From Macrostomum lignano (lineage: Eukaryota), in contig NIVC01002204.1 in assembly GCA_002269645.1 (NCBI GenBank), positions 124,001 to 188,000 of the forward strand: DNA of 64,000 nucleotides, written 5' to 3'. How positions within the stretch are numbered: position 1 is the first letter of the stretch; every line of letters begins with the position of its first letter. Made by a program: the position numbers and the translations under genes. The notes beneath the pieces were generated by a model that worked only from the letters and a program-made list of their open reading frames with translations, was not told the origin of the DNA and ran no database searches. This document shows, piece by piece, positions 1 to 48,456 of this stretch.

Positions 1-21300
<21,300 letters not shown>

Positions 21301-21521
21301 TTTAGTCTATTAATTAAAAAAATGCAAAACTGTTCAAGGCTTAAGCGCCTGCTTGAGGGATTTTTGGATTTTTGCTGAACCCTTAGACTCGAGTTTTGAT
21401 TGATTGATTAGCTGAAAACACAAGTATTGGAGGCTTAGTTATTGTAAAAAGTGCATATAAATAACACCATACTATCAAATGGAAAGATGTTGTCATTGCT
21501 CAACTTTAAATATAAAATTTT

Positions 21522-24500
21522 AAACTTTGCAGCGATAGTGTAGTCTAAGTGCCTGAATAATATTTGACTTTGCAGTGATAGTGTAGTCTAAGTGCCTGAA
21601 TAATATTTGACTTTGCAGCGATAGTGTAGTCTAAGTGCCTGAATAATATTTGACTTTGCAGTGATAGTGTAGTCTAAGTGCCTGAATAATATTTGACTTT
21701 GCAGTGATAGTGTAGTCTAAGTGCCTGAATAATATTTGACTTTGCAGTGATAGTGTAGTCTAAGTGCCTGAATAATATTTGACTTTGCAGTGATAGTGTA
21801 GTCTAAGTGCCTGAATAATATTTGACTTTGCAGTGATAGTGTAGTCTAAGTGCCTGAATAATATTTGACTTTGCAGTGATAGTGTAGTCTAAGTGCCTGA
21901 ATAATATTTGACTTTGCAGTGATAGTGTAGTCTAAGTGCCTGAATAATATTTGACTTTGCAGTGATAGTGTAGTCTAAGTGCCTGAATAATATTTGACTT
22001 TGCAGTGATAGTGTAGTCTAAGTGCCTGAATAATATTTGACTTTGCAGTGATAGTGTAGTCTAAGTGCCTGAATAATATTTGACTTTGCAGTGATAGTGT
22101 AGTCTAAGTGCCTGAATAATATTTGACTTTGCAGTGATAGTGTAGTCTAAGTGCCTGAATAATATTTGACTTTGCAGTGATAGTGTAGTCTAAGTGCCTG
22201 AATAATATTTGACTTTGCAGTGATAGTGTAGTCTAAGTGCCTGAATAATATTTGACTTTGCAGTGATAGTGTAGTCTAAGTGCCTGAATAATATTTGACT
22301 TTGCAGTGATAGTGTAGTCTAAGTGCCTGAATAATATTTGACTTTGCAGTGATAGTGTAGTCTAAGTGCCTGAATAATATTTGACTTTGCAGTGATAGTG
22401 TAGTCTAAGTGCCTGAATAATATTTGACTTTGCAGTGATAGTGTAGTCTAAGTGCCTGAATAATATTTGACTTTGCAGTGATAGTGTAGTCTAAGTGCCT
22501 GAATAATATTTGACTTTGCAGTGATAGTGTAGTCTAAGTGCCTGAATAATATTTGACTTTGCAGTGATAGTGTAGTCTAAGTGCCTGAATAATATTTGAC
22601 TTTGCAGTGATAGTGTAGTCTAAGTGCCTGAATAATATTTGACTTTGCAGTGATAGTGTAGTCTAAGTGCCTGAATAATATTTGACTTTGCAGTGATAGT
22701 GTAGTCTAAGTGCCTGAATAATATTTGACTTTGCAGTGATAGTGTAGTCTAAGTGCCTGAATAATATTTGACTTTGCAGTGATAGTGTAGTCTAAGTGCC
22801 TGAATAATATTTGACTTTGCAGTGATAGTGTAGTCTAAGTGCCTGAATAATATTTGACTTTGCAGTGATAGTGTAGTCTAAGTGCCTGAATAATATTTGA
22901 CTTTGCAGTGATAGTGTAGTCTAAGTGCCTGAATAATATTTGACTTTGCAGTGATAGTGTAGTCTAAGTGCCTGAATAATATTTGACTTTGCAGTGATAG
23001 TGTAGTCTAAGTGCCTGAATAATATTTGACTTTGCAGTGATAGTGTAGTCTAAGTGCCTGAATAATATTTGACTTTGCAGTGATAGTGTAGTCTAAGTGC
23101 CTGAATAATATTTGACTTTGCAGTGATAGTGTAGTCTAAGTGCCTGAATAATATTTGACTTTGCAGTGATAGTGTAGTCTAAGTGCCTGAATAATATTTG
23201 ACTTTGCAGTGATAGTGTAGTCTAAGTGCCTGAATAATATTTGACTTTGCAGTGATAGTGTAGTCTAAGTGCCTGAATAATATTTGACTTTGCAGTGATA
23301 GTGTAGTCTAAGTGCCTGAATAATATTTGACTTTGCAGTGATAGTGTAGTCTAAGTGCCTGAATAATATTTGACTTTGCAGTGATAGTGTAGTCTAAGTG
23401 CCTGAATAATATTTGACTTTGCAGTGATAGTGTAGTCTAAGTGCCTGAATAATATTTGACTTTGCAGTGATAGTGTAGTCTAAGTGCCTGAATAATATTT
23501 GACTTTGCAGCGATAGTGTAGTCTAAGTGCCTGAATAATATTTGACTTTGCAGTGATAGTGTAGTCTAAGTGCCTGAATAATATTTGACTTTGCAGTGAT
23601 AGTGTAGTCTAAGTGCCTGAATAATATTTGACTTTGCAGTGATAGTGTAGTCTAAGTGCCTGAATAATATTTGACTTTGCAGTGATAGTGTAGTCTAAGT
23701 GCCTGAATAATATTTGACTTTGCAGTGATAGTGTAGTCTAAGTGCCTGAATAATATTTGACTTTGCAGTGATAGTGTAGTCTAAGTGCCTGAATAATATT
23801 TGACTTTGCAGTGATAGTGAAGTCTAAGTGCCTGAATAATATTTGACTTTGCAGTGATAGTGTAGTCTAAGTGCCTGAATAATATTTGACTTTGCAGTGA
23901 TAGTGTAGTCTAAGTGCCTGAATAATATTTGACTTTGCAGTGATAGTGTAGTCTAAGTGCCTGAATAATATTTGACTTTGCAGTGATAGTGTAGTCTAAG
24001 TGCCTGAATAATATTTGACTTTGCAGTGATAGTGTAGTCTAAGTGCCTGAATAATATTTGACTTTGCAGTGATAGTGTAGTCTAAGTGCCTGAATAATAT
24101 TTGACTTTGCAGTGATAGTGTAGTCTAAGTGCCTGAATAATATTTGACTTTGCAGTGATAGTGTAGTCTAAGTGCCTGAATAATATTTGACTTTGCAGTG
24201 ATAGTGTAGTCTAAGTGCCTGAATAATATTTGACTTTGCAGTGATAGTGTAGTCTAAGTGCCTGAATAATATTTGACTTTGCAGTGATAGTGTAGTCTAA
24301 GTGCCTGAATAATATTTGACTTTGCAGCGATAGTGTAGTCTAAGTGCCTGAATAATATTTGACTTTGCAGTGATAGTGTAGTCTAAGTGCCTGAATAATA
24401 TTTGACTTTGCAGTGATAGTGTAGTCTAAGTGCCTGAATAATATTTGACTTTGCAGTGATAGTGTAGTCTAAGTGCCTGAATAATATTTGACTTTGCAGT

Positions 24501-25350
24501 GATAGTGTAGTCTAAGTGCCTGAATAATATTTGACTTTGCAGTGATAGTGTAGTCTAAGTGCCTGAATAATATTTGACTTTGCAGTGATAGTGTAGTCTA
24601 AGTGCCTGAATAATATTTGACTTTGCAGTGATAGTGTAGTCTAAGTGCCTGAATAATATTTGACTTTGCAGTGATAGTGTAGTCTAAGTGCCTGAATAAT
24701 ATTTGACTTTGCAGTGATAGTGTAGTCTAAGTGCCTGAATAATATTTGACTTTGCAGTGATAGTGTAGTCTAAGTGCCTGAATAATATTTGACTTTGCAG
24801 TGATAGTGTAGTCTAAGTGCCTGAATAATATTTGACTTTGCAGCGATAGTGTAGTCTAAGTGCCTGAATAATATTTGACTTTGCAGCGATAGTGTAGTCT
24901 AAGTGCCTGAATAATATTTGACTTTGCAGTGATAGTGTAGTCTAAGTGCCTGAATAATATTTGACTTTGCAGTGATAGTGTAGTCTAAGTGCCTGAATAA
25001 TATTTGACTTTGCAGTGATAGTGTAGTCTAAGTGCCTGAATAATATTTGACTTTGCAGTGATAGTGTAGTCTAAGTGCCTGAATAATATTTGACTTTGCA
25101 GTGATAGTGTAGTCTAAGTGCCTGAATAATATTTGACTTTGCAGTGATAGTGTAGTCTAAGTGCCTGAATAATATTTGACTTTGCAGTGATAGTGTAGTC
25201 TAAGTGCCTGAATAATATTTGACTTTGCAGTGATAGTGTAGTCTAAGTGCCTGAATATTATTTGACTTTGCTGTGATAGTGTAGTCTAAGTGCCTGAATA
25301 TTATTTGACTTTGCTGTGATAGTGTAGTCTAAGTGCCTGAATAATATTTT
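21522..25350. repeat. 43-bp satellite, about 89 near-identical copies (gactttgcagtgatagtgtagtctaagtgcctgaataatattt)
   Basis: Period 43 (taatatttga at 21601 and 21644); rare single-base variants. Confidence 0.98.
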
Positions 25351-28300
25351 GATGTCAATTTCTACTTCTAGTCAGAACCTTTGCAGATACAAGGTGCATT
25401 CCTTCTTGCAATGGTATTTGGTTTTTTAATGAGGCTTCTGCTGCTTACAATAGGAACCTGATAAGACAACTGCAAAAATTTTTTATTATTAAATTTTTAT
25501 TTATAAGGGTTGAAAACCCCATGCTAATAGTTGAGGATAGTGATTAAAATCTGGTTTTAGGTAACAAATTACATAATATATGAAAAATACAAATTAAAAA
25601 TGGACAATGGAAGGACTAAATAAGTAGCAAGTAAAAGTAGTACATTGGAAAATTTGAGAGATAGCATGACCTTGTTGAGTTTGTAATTTCTATCATAATA
25701 GTAAAATGTTATATAAATTATTGTAATTATAGTATTTTTATATTTATTTTTAGGTCACTAGATTTTAGATAAGGTTTTAGAATTATTGCCCATTATACAA
25801 AGCTTTTTATCATAACTAATAGTCCATGTTCTGTTTGCTACTTTTTGTTATAGATTTTCTATTATTATTTATGCTATATTATATACTGTTTTTGCTTTTT
25901 GTCTTTTTTGTTTTTTTGTCTTTTTTTGTTTTTTTGTCTTTATTTTTTAATGAATTTTGCAACTTAGGCCTATTTTTTTGTTTACCCCAATTTATATTTC
26001 TGGCTAGATCAACTAGGTTATCTAGCAATAAAATATATGATATATGTTTATATAGAATAGCAATAATGCAGATTGCAGAATATGCTACTTTTTATACTTT
26101 AACCTTAGGCATTTCTCTAATTAGAATTGTGCAAATTATGTATGAGCTTACTATATTATATTGCCAACATCTAATTTTATAATACCTTAGAAATATTAAT
26201 ATATTCTATATTCTGTTTACAAAAATTTGGTGCATAAGTGCTTACAAACTTATACAAATGTCAGGCTGTAGGGTTAGTGTTAGGGTTGGTATTAGCCAGG
26301 GTTTAGATTTAGTGTTACATGTAGCTTCAGGGTATAGCGTTAAGATTTGGCTTAGGGCTAGGGTTAGGGTAGCTTACAACTTAGCTTATGTAGCTTATCA
26401 AAAATGTTTATCATAGAAGCATCATGCAAAAATAATGGAAGCATCATGCAGAAAACCATGGAAGCATCATGCAAACAAAAATGGAAGCGTCGTGCAAAAA
26501 ATCATGGAAGCACAAAAACTTGTGAACAAAATATTAAATTAAGGGTTATGGTTAGGGTTAGGGTTAGAAGTTTGACAGGATATTTTTTTAAGATTTCAAG
26601 GCTTAGCTACATGTGGCTTATTAAAAAACGTGTATTGCATTTCTTTTGCTCCCCAATGGGGGCAAAGATTGCTAGTAGCTATTCTAAAAAACTATTTATT
26701 AATTTTATTACTTATTATTATAGTGATTTTTAATATTCTAGAACTCTAAAAAAGCTTAGGGGCCTACTAAATCAAACAAAAAGTTAAAATGCAAGAATGG
26801 ACTCTTGAAATGCTAAAGGTCATTTTATTTTTTTAACAATGAGAAAATAATTTTACAAATGATTCCATAGGATAGCCCTTAGTTCATAGTAATAGGCATG
26901 GATTACAGTTGTTTTGGTGGCAATCTTTTAGTAACAAGCAAAAGTCATTTCAGTGACAAGAAAAAATATCATTTTAATGATAGCCATTTTGTTTTTAAAC
27001 AGAAAATTAGCTAGCAAATCTTAAGGGATTTTGTTTAGCTGAAAACACAGCTAAAATTAAAGTTTAAATAAACCTAAGGCTAAGCCTAAAGTTCTTTAAT
27101 TTTTTGAAAAGGTTAAGTTTTGCTTTATTTAATTTTGTTTATTTACAATTACAAAGTTGCAGTCTTTTGAATTGTTTTTTAATCCAAATGTGTAATGTCA
27201 ATTTATACTTTTCTTGTGGTTGGCATTTCATGAGGATTCTCTATATAGGCTTATGGTTTATATGTCTGGAAACTCCAGGACAATTCAAAACAATCTATAT
27301 AGGAAGAAAACAATATAATTACTTTTATTTGTTTTTTTTAAATATATTAATCTTTTGACAAAACATCTTTTGACAACAATCATTATATCTTAATTTTTCA
27401 TTAAAAATGCAGTGTGTCTATCATAAAAGCAACTTGTCACTAAAACAACTATTTGTCACCAAAAGTCTGTCACCAAAATGACTTGTCATTGAAACAAATA
27501 GTATCCATAGGACCATAGGCATCAACTAGGCCTAAAAAATATGGCTTGTTAGATTAAGCCTATTAATTTCCTATTCATTAAAGCATTAAATAATAGGCCT
27601 ATATGATTGATACTGGATTATAACTCTGATTAAGGCCTATTATACCAAATTTAAAAATGAATTTTGACAAACTTTAATTTATATTTAAATTTAGTTTATT
27701 CAGGCTAGGCCTATCAAATCTAACTTCAAATAGGCCTTATAACAACCAGCTAGCAATAGATTAGGTTGTGTTGAATAAAAAATCCTAGCTAATATTATAA
27801 TAAACACCATTCTTTACAATGGCCTACTTGTATAGGCTCTAAGTTAGATTGAATTGTGAATTTAATTTATAAAATAGGCCTTAGAAACTTTGTAAAAGAT
27901 GCTTCTAGTCTAGACATATAAAATAAAACATTTAATGTTACTAATTAAACATTACTAATGGTCTTTCATACAGCTACAAGTATGATTGTCAATCAATCAA
28001 AACAATAAGAATTAGGCCCTAGGCATTTAAAGTCTCATAACAGTCAACACCAAATTCTTTGGACTATGGGGTCTGTATGCATGTGTTAATTAATGTAATA
28101 GGCCCTAAGATAATTTATACACAGTCGCAGAGTAACACCGCCGGGTCCAAGCTAATCATGTCAATGACAATGTAATTTGCATAGGGATTTATTTAAGTTG
28201 AAGTTTATAATAACCAGGACGTTGTAATAATGACGCTGATGACACTTTTCTAATTTTCTTAGACCTTATCAGGTATTATTTTAAATTTTCCTGTCAGTAC

Positions 28301-31300
28301 CATCAGTATCGGATAGCTGTACTAAATTTTCATAATAGTTTATCCATCGTAAAATGTCTGAAATCTGGTCGACGACTCGAACCCTGCTAAGGTTTGCATG
28401 TTTTTGTTTCTCTGAAATTTTACCACTTCAAAATAGTAAAAAGTTAAAATATAACGAGGACACGTTAATTGCTTCACGTATATTGTATTTACCTTCGCAA
28501 TAACAGCTTTTTTTGCTGATCCGATCGTTGTTAGATGATCCGTATTTTGTATCTATATTTCTACGTTGGTTTACTGGTATTATTGGCTTACCGTAATCAT
28601 GCTTTCCATAGCTGTGCAATGCTCCTTATAGCAAATGAAATAATTTCTAACGCTCGATATACAATGTGTGTTTACAGGAACAACTTACAGTGTAATACTC
28701 TATTAGCAACAAGAAGTTGGAGGAGGGATATATATCTCTCGTACCCAAGGACGACTAGCTACTTCGGTAAAAATTTCTCATTGTTTTACTTTTACTTCAC
28801 TTCTAACTATTGCATGTACAATATTAATTATTATATTAATCAGTACGTGTACATGTGCATACATCCTGCATCTCGTCACTAGTATATATGTAACTGTACA
28901 AGTACTCGTGAGCTAGCCAGTAAAGTTATAGGAAACTCGAAAATCATGAAAATTTCCCTGGAGCTGATGGCAGGTCTTTGCTGCGATCAAATGCTCTGCT
29001 GTACATGTACTTATAATGAGATTGGAATTACTGTACATGTAGTATTGACTTTTTATAACCCATTGATGTACGCCCAAGGACTACAATTAAGACTAAGACT
29101 AAGGACTACTTAAACCCAAGGGGTTTAACGAAATGACTTCAGTGGTCCTTGTGACGCCTTGCCACCTTCTGGGACTGTAATTTGAATGGTCAGCAGCTGT
29201 GTTTCGTTTACAGGTGCCCCTCACAATTTTGTCGAGATTAAGTGTAAAGTGTTTTACTGTGCAGCGCGATAATTGTGCTCAAAGTACAGCAGCAATTTCT
29301 AAACGGGCGAGTTTCCCAAAGATGATGTCGAGCTTTCTGGCTTTAAGTGAAATGGTTTTGACTAAGCTTGGTCGATGTGTATAGTTTATGTATGGTTTTT
29401 GAGAAAATTTCGTCAATGGAAAATACATCATAAGATACAGGATCGATTGAGCAACTGAAATATTAATAGATGAACTTTTAAATTATTGTCGGTCTGCGCG
29501 GTGCTATTTCAGAAAAAATAGCTACTACGAGCGTACATGTATATATACATAACCTAGCTTGCATCTTGAACGAAATACTACTGCTGTACCTATATATGCA
29601 TTTCATTCAAAATATATTTGTCTCGCATTTGGAAGAGTTTAGAAGGTGAGCCTTTGTCGCCAGGAAAACTGGTCTTCTACAAAATTTGCACGATTAGGTA
29701 GCGAGTGTCCGTATAAAGCATCCTTCTCTTGTACTTTTAGTTGTCTGTGCATGAACAACATGTACACATACAATTGTCGGGGGATTATTACACATGTATA
29801 GTCATTTTTGACATGCATGCAGATGTACATCAACGCTGTATACACAGAAGGGTGACTTCAAGGATCTTTTACTCGCCATGTACAGCTTAAGCATTCATCT
29901 ACTAGTAGAAAATAATGTAATGTTAAATCTATGTCAAATACGTTCAACACATGCACAGGCATATTTGGTCAAGCTGCAGCTACATATAGTAATGCATTCT
30001 TTGCCAATGGAAAATGAGCGGTTGCTATGTTATACACACGAAGACCCTTTGACAGAGGGAACTGTCAAATCAGTTCGAATTGATTTTATAAGTGGCACAA
30101 AATGATCGAGCGGGTATATTTTGAAGTGTTGCCATTTTTATTATAACATTATGAAAGGAGGCTATTGCAGTGTAGTATAGGCATAATATGCGTCTGCTAC
30201 AGATGGATAAATCGTATCACTATATTGATGAGCTTTTTTCAGTTGGGAATGAGGAACAGCAGAAAAAAACTGAGGATACACAGAAACAAAAAACAAATTA
30301 GGGATGGCTACTTTGAAGGCAGTTGAGTTTCACACAACTAGACAAACTAATAAATTGAACTCGAAAATATGGCATTTAAACAATAATGCATGTTATAATA
30401 AAATATAGCATGCCTTAACGTTAAACGACTTAGAATTGCATGGCACATGCGCATGCAATCCCGTTTATGCATGTGTATGGTGACACTTAGGCTACTTACA
30501 AGTAGTATACTATAAAATATATTGCAGAAGACTCAAAAAAGATAAGCGCTCAAAACAAGAGAAATTAGCTATATTTCATTTGCAGCATTATTCGAAACTT
30601 GGACAGAACGTTAATTTATAGAACGGCGTTTAACATTGTCATAAATGAAGCTACTTGACCTGCTGGATTCCATCATATTGACACAATAAAGCGTATTAGC
30701 ACAATTTTGTTCGGAAAATTTCTATATTCAACAAAGCAAGTAGTAGGAATTGAATAGAAATATTAGACTACAAAGTAACGAGAATGTAGTTAACAGATTA
30801 GAAAGATTAGAAATAAGAATTCATAATTATTTTAGTCATTGTTTCTTGGCGCCTTCTGCCTGCTTTTGGAACTGGCTAGAAGAAGCACACTGGAAACTAC
30901 TATATTGCAAAGCAGAACAAAAAGCAGTTAACAAAACACAACAGGATAAAAATACACAAAACTTAGCATGAAGCAGGAAATAACACGATTGTAATGTTTA
31001 TGCAACAGAATTCAAAGTAATATGCATAAGTAGTATATATTCATAATTTAACCAACTCAAGTTTGGTCACTGTGAAGAAGCCATGCAAGGGGAAAAACAA
31101 TTCATACGCCACTAAAGCGTACGACTTGCGTAAACTACAAATAGGCAAGAGCGGAGAATACAAAGTGCATATTCTCTTATTCGGAAATTATAAAAAACGG
31201 AAACAAAGCAAAAACAGAAAAAAACAAACTCAATTAAACACTCAAAAAGAACAAGTGAGTAACTTGAAACCACAAAAACTGCTGATGACAAAAATATGAA

Positions 31301-31543
31301 CCATACGAGCGTAACAATTGATAAGCATCCATAAAATAATATAGAAAAATTGATTACACATAGTACTAATAGTATTAACAGTAGTTAATAGCAATAATAT
31401 AATGCAAACACACGATGAAGCTACACAGCGCTTTAGAAAAAGGGAAAACACACAATTTCGGTAAAACATGTTCATCTTGAAACCGCATGGCACTACTTCT
31501 CAGTAGGCGATGAACGACTATTCTCAGTTTTTTTTACTCCAGC

Positions 31544-44179
<12,636 letters not shown>

Positions 44180-46009
44180 TTGCTCGTCCGGTCCTTTTTA
44201 ATTCGTTCTTGGCGTTACCTAAGCGCGCCCACCGATAGCGGGAGTGGAGGAGAGGAGAGAGAAGAGAAATTAGTTGCTTGCGTCTGTAGTTTAGTTAGAG
44301 CGGCGGCGTTGGGGTTGCCGTCATTCTCTCGTGATTTTCGACTGCGGCTTTGCAAGGTGGAAGCGGTGCATGGGGGGCCCAGTGTGTTTGTTATTTGGGC
44401 CAATGGGGTTTGGACGGGAAGTTTAGAGGGAGAGGGGGGCACACGGAGGGTCGTGTGGTTGGCCTTATCGCTTTTAAGAAAATGGGTGGGGGGTCTCTCC
44501 GAAGATAAGATAACGCGACGAAACTGTAAACAGGGAATGAAGCGAGTTGAGCGTAACTTATTCTGAGTAAAGTGGAGATGAAGGGGAGCTAGAGTTAATG
44601 CTAAGCTCATAATTCCAAAGCTCAGTTGGGGCTTAGGCTTACATACAAAAAATAACAGCGCTTTCAATGCTGCTATAAAATTTAAGTAATTTCTCTGGGA
44701 AAGTTTAAATTGAAATCAAAACTATTGAAATCAGCTGTAGATAGCAGAATTTATGTCTCTTAAAATCGATAATCTGTTGTGGAAAATATGGAACGGGTAA
44801 GGCCATGGACCACGGTATGCAAAGCGAACAAATATACATTACAATGCTATAATTTAATGCTTACCAGATTAGCAATATTGACTGTCCTTACTCTAACTCG
44901 TTTGCGACTATCTAAAATAAAAAATACCGAGCTTTGATTATTCAATCTGTTATGATTTTTCAGGGCGAAACTTAATAATAAGGACTAAGTCTGGAATTTG
45001 GATTATGTAAGATTTTTTAAGCTAAGACCGTGTACGCTCGTGCCAGACAAACGAAAATCTCTAGTATGCAGTGATCGATGCGTAGCTTTCAAAGCTTTTG
45101 TTAAGCTTATAATCGCCTCTCAGTCTCGCTTCATTCTTACGCTTGAAATGTTTTTCATCCCCTCCCCTTGCGTAGTCTTTTCTGATTGGTTCGCTGACCC
45201 TGGTCATAGACTAACAATCAGCTGGGGGGGGGGGTGGATGTGATGTGTGAACCGATTTTAAACTGGGGCTTGGTCAGTTCATTAACCGCTGGGCGCTACT
45301 GTCTTGGACAGATTGAACATAAGGGAAATGGGGTGGTGGGGCCACATAAAGGCTAGAATTTTATCGATTTTTCAAAAGCGAAAGCTAGGCTATAGTCGTA
45401 TAGAGTAAACTAAAGTATAAAAGAAAAGAGACTGACAGGCACCAGGCGCAAGGGGCTATATCAGATAAAAATGGGCATGCATGAGTGCAGAAGGGGAACT
45501 ATTATGATTGTGACAACGATTAGCTGATAAGCTTTAGATAGGTCTTATTTGTTTTAATTTTAATTGCCAACGTTTGCCCCTGTGCTGCCTGAATCTAAAT
45601 TGAACCCTGTCCCCTGTGGCTGTTAGGCGCCCACCCGATGTCCTGTTCTACCCAGGTTCAATCAGTACCTCAGGCCATAGCTCGTAAGCTTATCATTCCC
45701 CAGGTTACATCACAATCAAGTGTGAGTTTCCTGGGCTGATACTGGCATGTAAAAAAGCACGTCTATTACGCCAGTCCGTACATCACTCCAATTCAGAGCT
45801 CACTATCAGTTTCTTGTTAGCAAAATATTTTATTCTGTTCTACTACATTATCATTGAAAGCTCTTTAAAATCAGGTTAGATGGCTTCGTAAATCAAAATT
45901 CCCGGGATCCCGGATCCCGCGCAAAAACCCGGGATTAAAAAAGTTTCTAATCTTTTTTTGGGTGCAATTTTGATTTACGAAGCTATCTAATCTGATTTTA
46001 ATTGGCAAA

Positions 46010-46205
46010 AATCCCGATCCCAAGAATCCCGGGATTTTCGTAGTCTATATGATATCCTGATCCCGAGAATCCCGGGATTTTCGAAGTCTATATGATATCC
46101 CGATCCCAAGAATCCCGGGATTTTCGAAGTCTATATGATATCCCGATCCCAAGAATCCTGGAATTTTCGAAGTCCATGATATTCCGATTCCGAGAATCCC
46201 GGGAT
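46010..46205. repeat. 43-bp tandem repeat (gaatcccgggattttcgaagtctatatgatatcccgatcccaa)
   Basis: About 4.5 copies; related cccggga motifs at 45895-45940, possibly part of a non-autonomous element. Confidence 0.8.
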
Positions 46206-47710
46206 TGGCAAAACGCAGGATTTTGTCTTCCCTACTATAACCAGAAAATCGCCAAAATTATCAACAATAACGGTCGCTTTCACTTTCACAAGCTGAAGCT
46301 ATAAAATTTCAAAGTCGTCAAAGACAAGCAAAATTCATAACCTTACAGAAGCTTCTCAAGTTCGAAACTTTACTAGTTCGAAATTTCACATCGTTAATTT
46401 TGTTTAAGCTGTGAGCTAGCGGAAACGACTGGCTTAAAGCTATTCGACCCGTAAAATTTATGTTGTAACTTTTAACTTTCAATTGAAGCGTAAAGGCATT
46501 AAAAACGAACAAAGAACTTACCTCAAACTAAGCCTCAGTAGAGAGGCTAGGAAAAATTTATTGTTTTAAAAAGTTTAAGTAAATTATATTTCCGTTTGTG
46601 TAATCTCTTGCCTGTTATGTATTTCTATCTGCACAAGTGTATAGTATGGTGTGTAATGATGACCCCTCTACCCTGTCACTGCGTGAGACGGCCTTAATAT
46701 ACATTTGAATCATATAGTAAACGCAGCTAAATCTCAGGATAGGCCAACTTCGGGCCAATATAAGAAGGGCTTGTAATATGCAGCAGTACATTAAATAACT
46801 TTCACTGCGTACGCACCAAAAAGGATAGGACGATGAATGTATTAAACACGAGCTAATAATAACATCTTTATATGGGCTAAAATTGTGCAAAACTCTGCTA
46901 TCTAATCCAACCTATTGGCCTGTGTGCGTGCATGTCTGTCCAAAATGTTTACCATAGCTTGAATAAAGGGTCTCCCTCCTCCATTTGTACTAACATGTTA
47001 TAGAGCTCGTATTTATAATTAGCTCATTATAGCGTCTTAGAGTAACACTATTTAACATCTACAGCAGTGCAAATATACAATACGTTTCAGAGTTGAAGAT
47101 TTTCGTACGGAAGTTCAAATTTCATACGATTAAAGTATGCAATTAGCGTTTGATCATTGTAGCGCGACAATTATATAGTACCCTGTACGCGGAGTTAATT
47201 GGTTAAGCAAACAAATGAACAGGATTCCGACGCGTATAGGGTCTTAAAGCTCTCATACGAGTATGCACCCAGCGAACTGCAGTCTCACTTTAATTAGAAT
47301 TTACCGCCAATTAGTGTAATTAGTTTAATTTACGTGTACCTGTAATTATAGCTGCTCACTGCAGCGTTCATATAAGACCTGCTCGTAAAAAACCTCATCG
47401 TTTGTTAAACTTTTGGAGCATATACGCGGTGTACATGTTGATTTAGATCTATAGTTGTTAAGATGCTTTTTTTACAGTAGTTTTTCTAAGCGTGTACATG
47501 TATAGCAGAAAGCTATATACTAAGACCAAAATCTATTGGAAACCCACACGAACTGATTGCTGAAAAATTAACCATAAGATTAGATTTTTCTAAAAACAAC
47601 TAACTTAACTAAAATTAACTAGCGTTTTAAAAATTTTTATGTAAAACTCCGCCTGATTGCCTCGATTCTTGACCTAAAGTTAAGTTTGACCAGCACACAA
47701 AGGCCTGTAC

Positions 47711-47931
47711 AGCAATCCGACGCCGGCGACCTCACCAACGTTCAATTCTTCTGTCGACGTCCATGATCCAGACACAGATATGCATTTTTTACATTGTCAT
47801 TATATCGACGTTCAGCCGACACATGCAGGCGTCGTTTTCCGTGGACGCAATGTAAAAGCACACATTTCTCATCGATAATCGATAAAAGACGTCGGGAACA
47901 TCAGCCAGACGTCGCCGACGTCGGATTGCTG
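47711..47931. mobile_element. MITE-like element with 21-bp TIRs and TA target-site duplication (Tc1/mariner-type signature)
   Basis: TA|CAGCAATCCGACGCCGGCGAC ... GTCGCCGACGTCGGATTGCTG|TA; one mismatch between TIRs; no ORF. Confidence 0.75.
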
Positions 47932-48456
47932 TACGAGAAGGTCTTCAATCTTGCGTCTTGACCGAATTTAGGGTGCACGTACTGCATGTACATGTACATG
48001 TGCTGAATGTAATTAAATGTACACGACGTACACGTTGTACTTGCTTTCTATTGTCCTGTCGTCCAAGACTGCCACAGAGGCGGACGGCAACATACATACA
48101 GTATGTGGTAAAAACACGAAACTCCAAAAATTTTTGGTTACAAATCTTGGTTTTTTTGTCCACATATCATAAAATTCATTGTGACAACCCGCGAGTGCTG
48201 CACTTTGCTTTTCTTACATGTACCTGCAAGCTGGTGGCCGAAACCGAAAGTTGAGCACCTGCCACTTGCACATGCATCCAATCACTTTTTCAGTGGCCGG
48301 AAAAATTATTATTGTAAGCAGGTACAAATTTATTATATGTATAATGTACATTAAAATAAAATCGCCGAATAAGCTTGTGACGGTGAAAATTATGCATGCG
48401 TCATGAATTTAAAATAGTACATGTACATATGGTACATGCTACTTACATGTTTACAA

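Noticed and set aside
21522-25350. CRISPR array or tandem RNA genes
   Set aside because: Head-to-tail identical 43-mers with no unique spacers and no tRNA, 5S or snRNA features.
26260-26590. Telomere or interstitial telomeric site (GGGTTA-like runs here and at 42020-42270)
   Set aside because: Only short degenerate runs of 2-3 units; more likely simple-repeat or non-autonomous element remnants.
26900-27510. Degenerate inverted-repeat element (GGAT.AC...GTATCC ends, tgacaag modules)
   Set aside because: Arms are too diverged to align confidently by eye and no TSD is visible.
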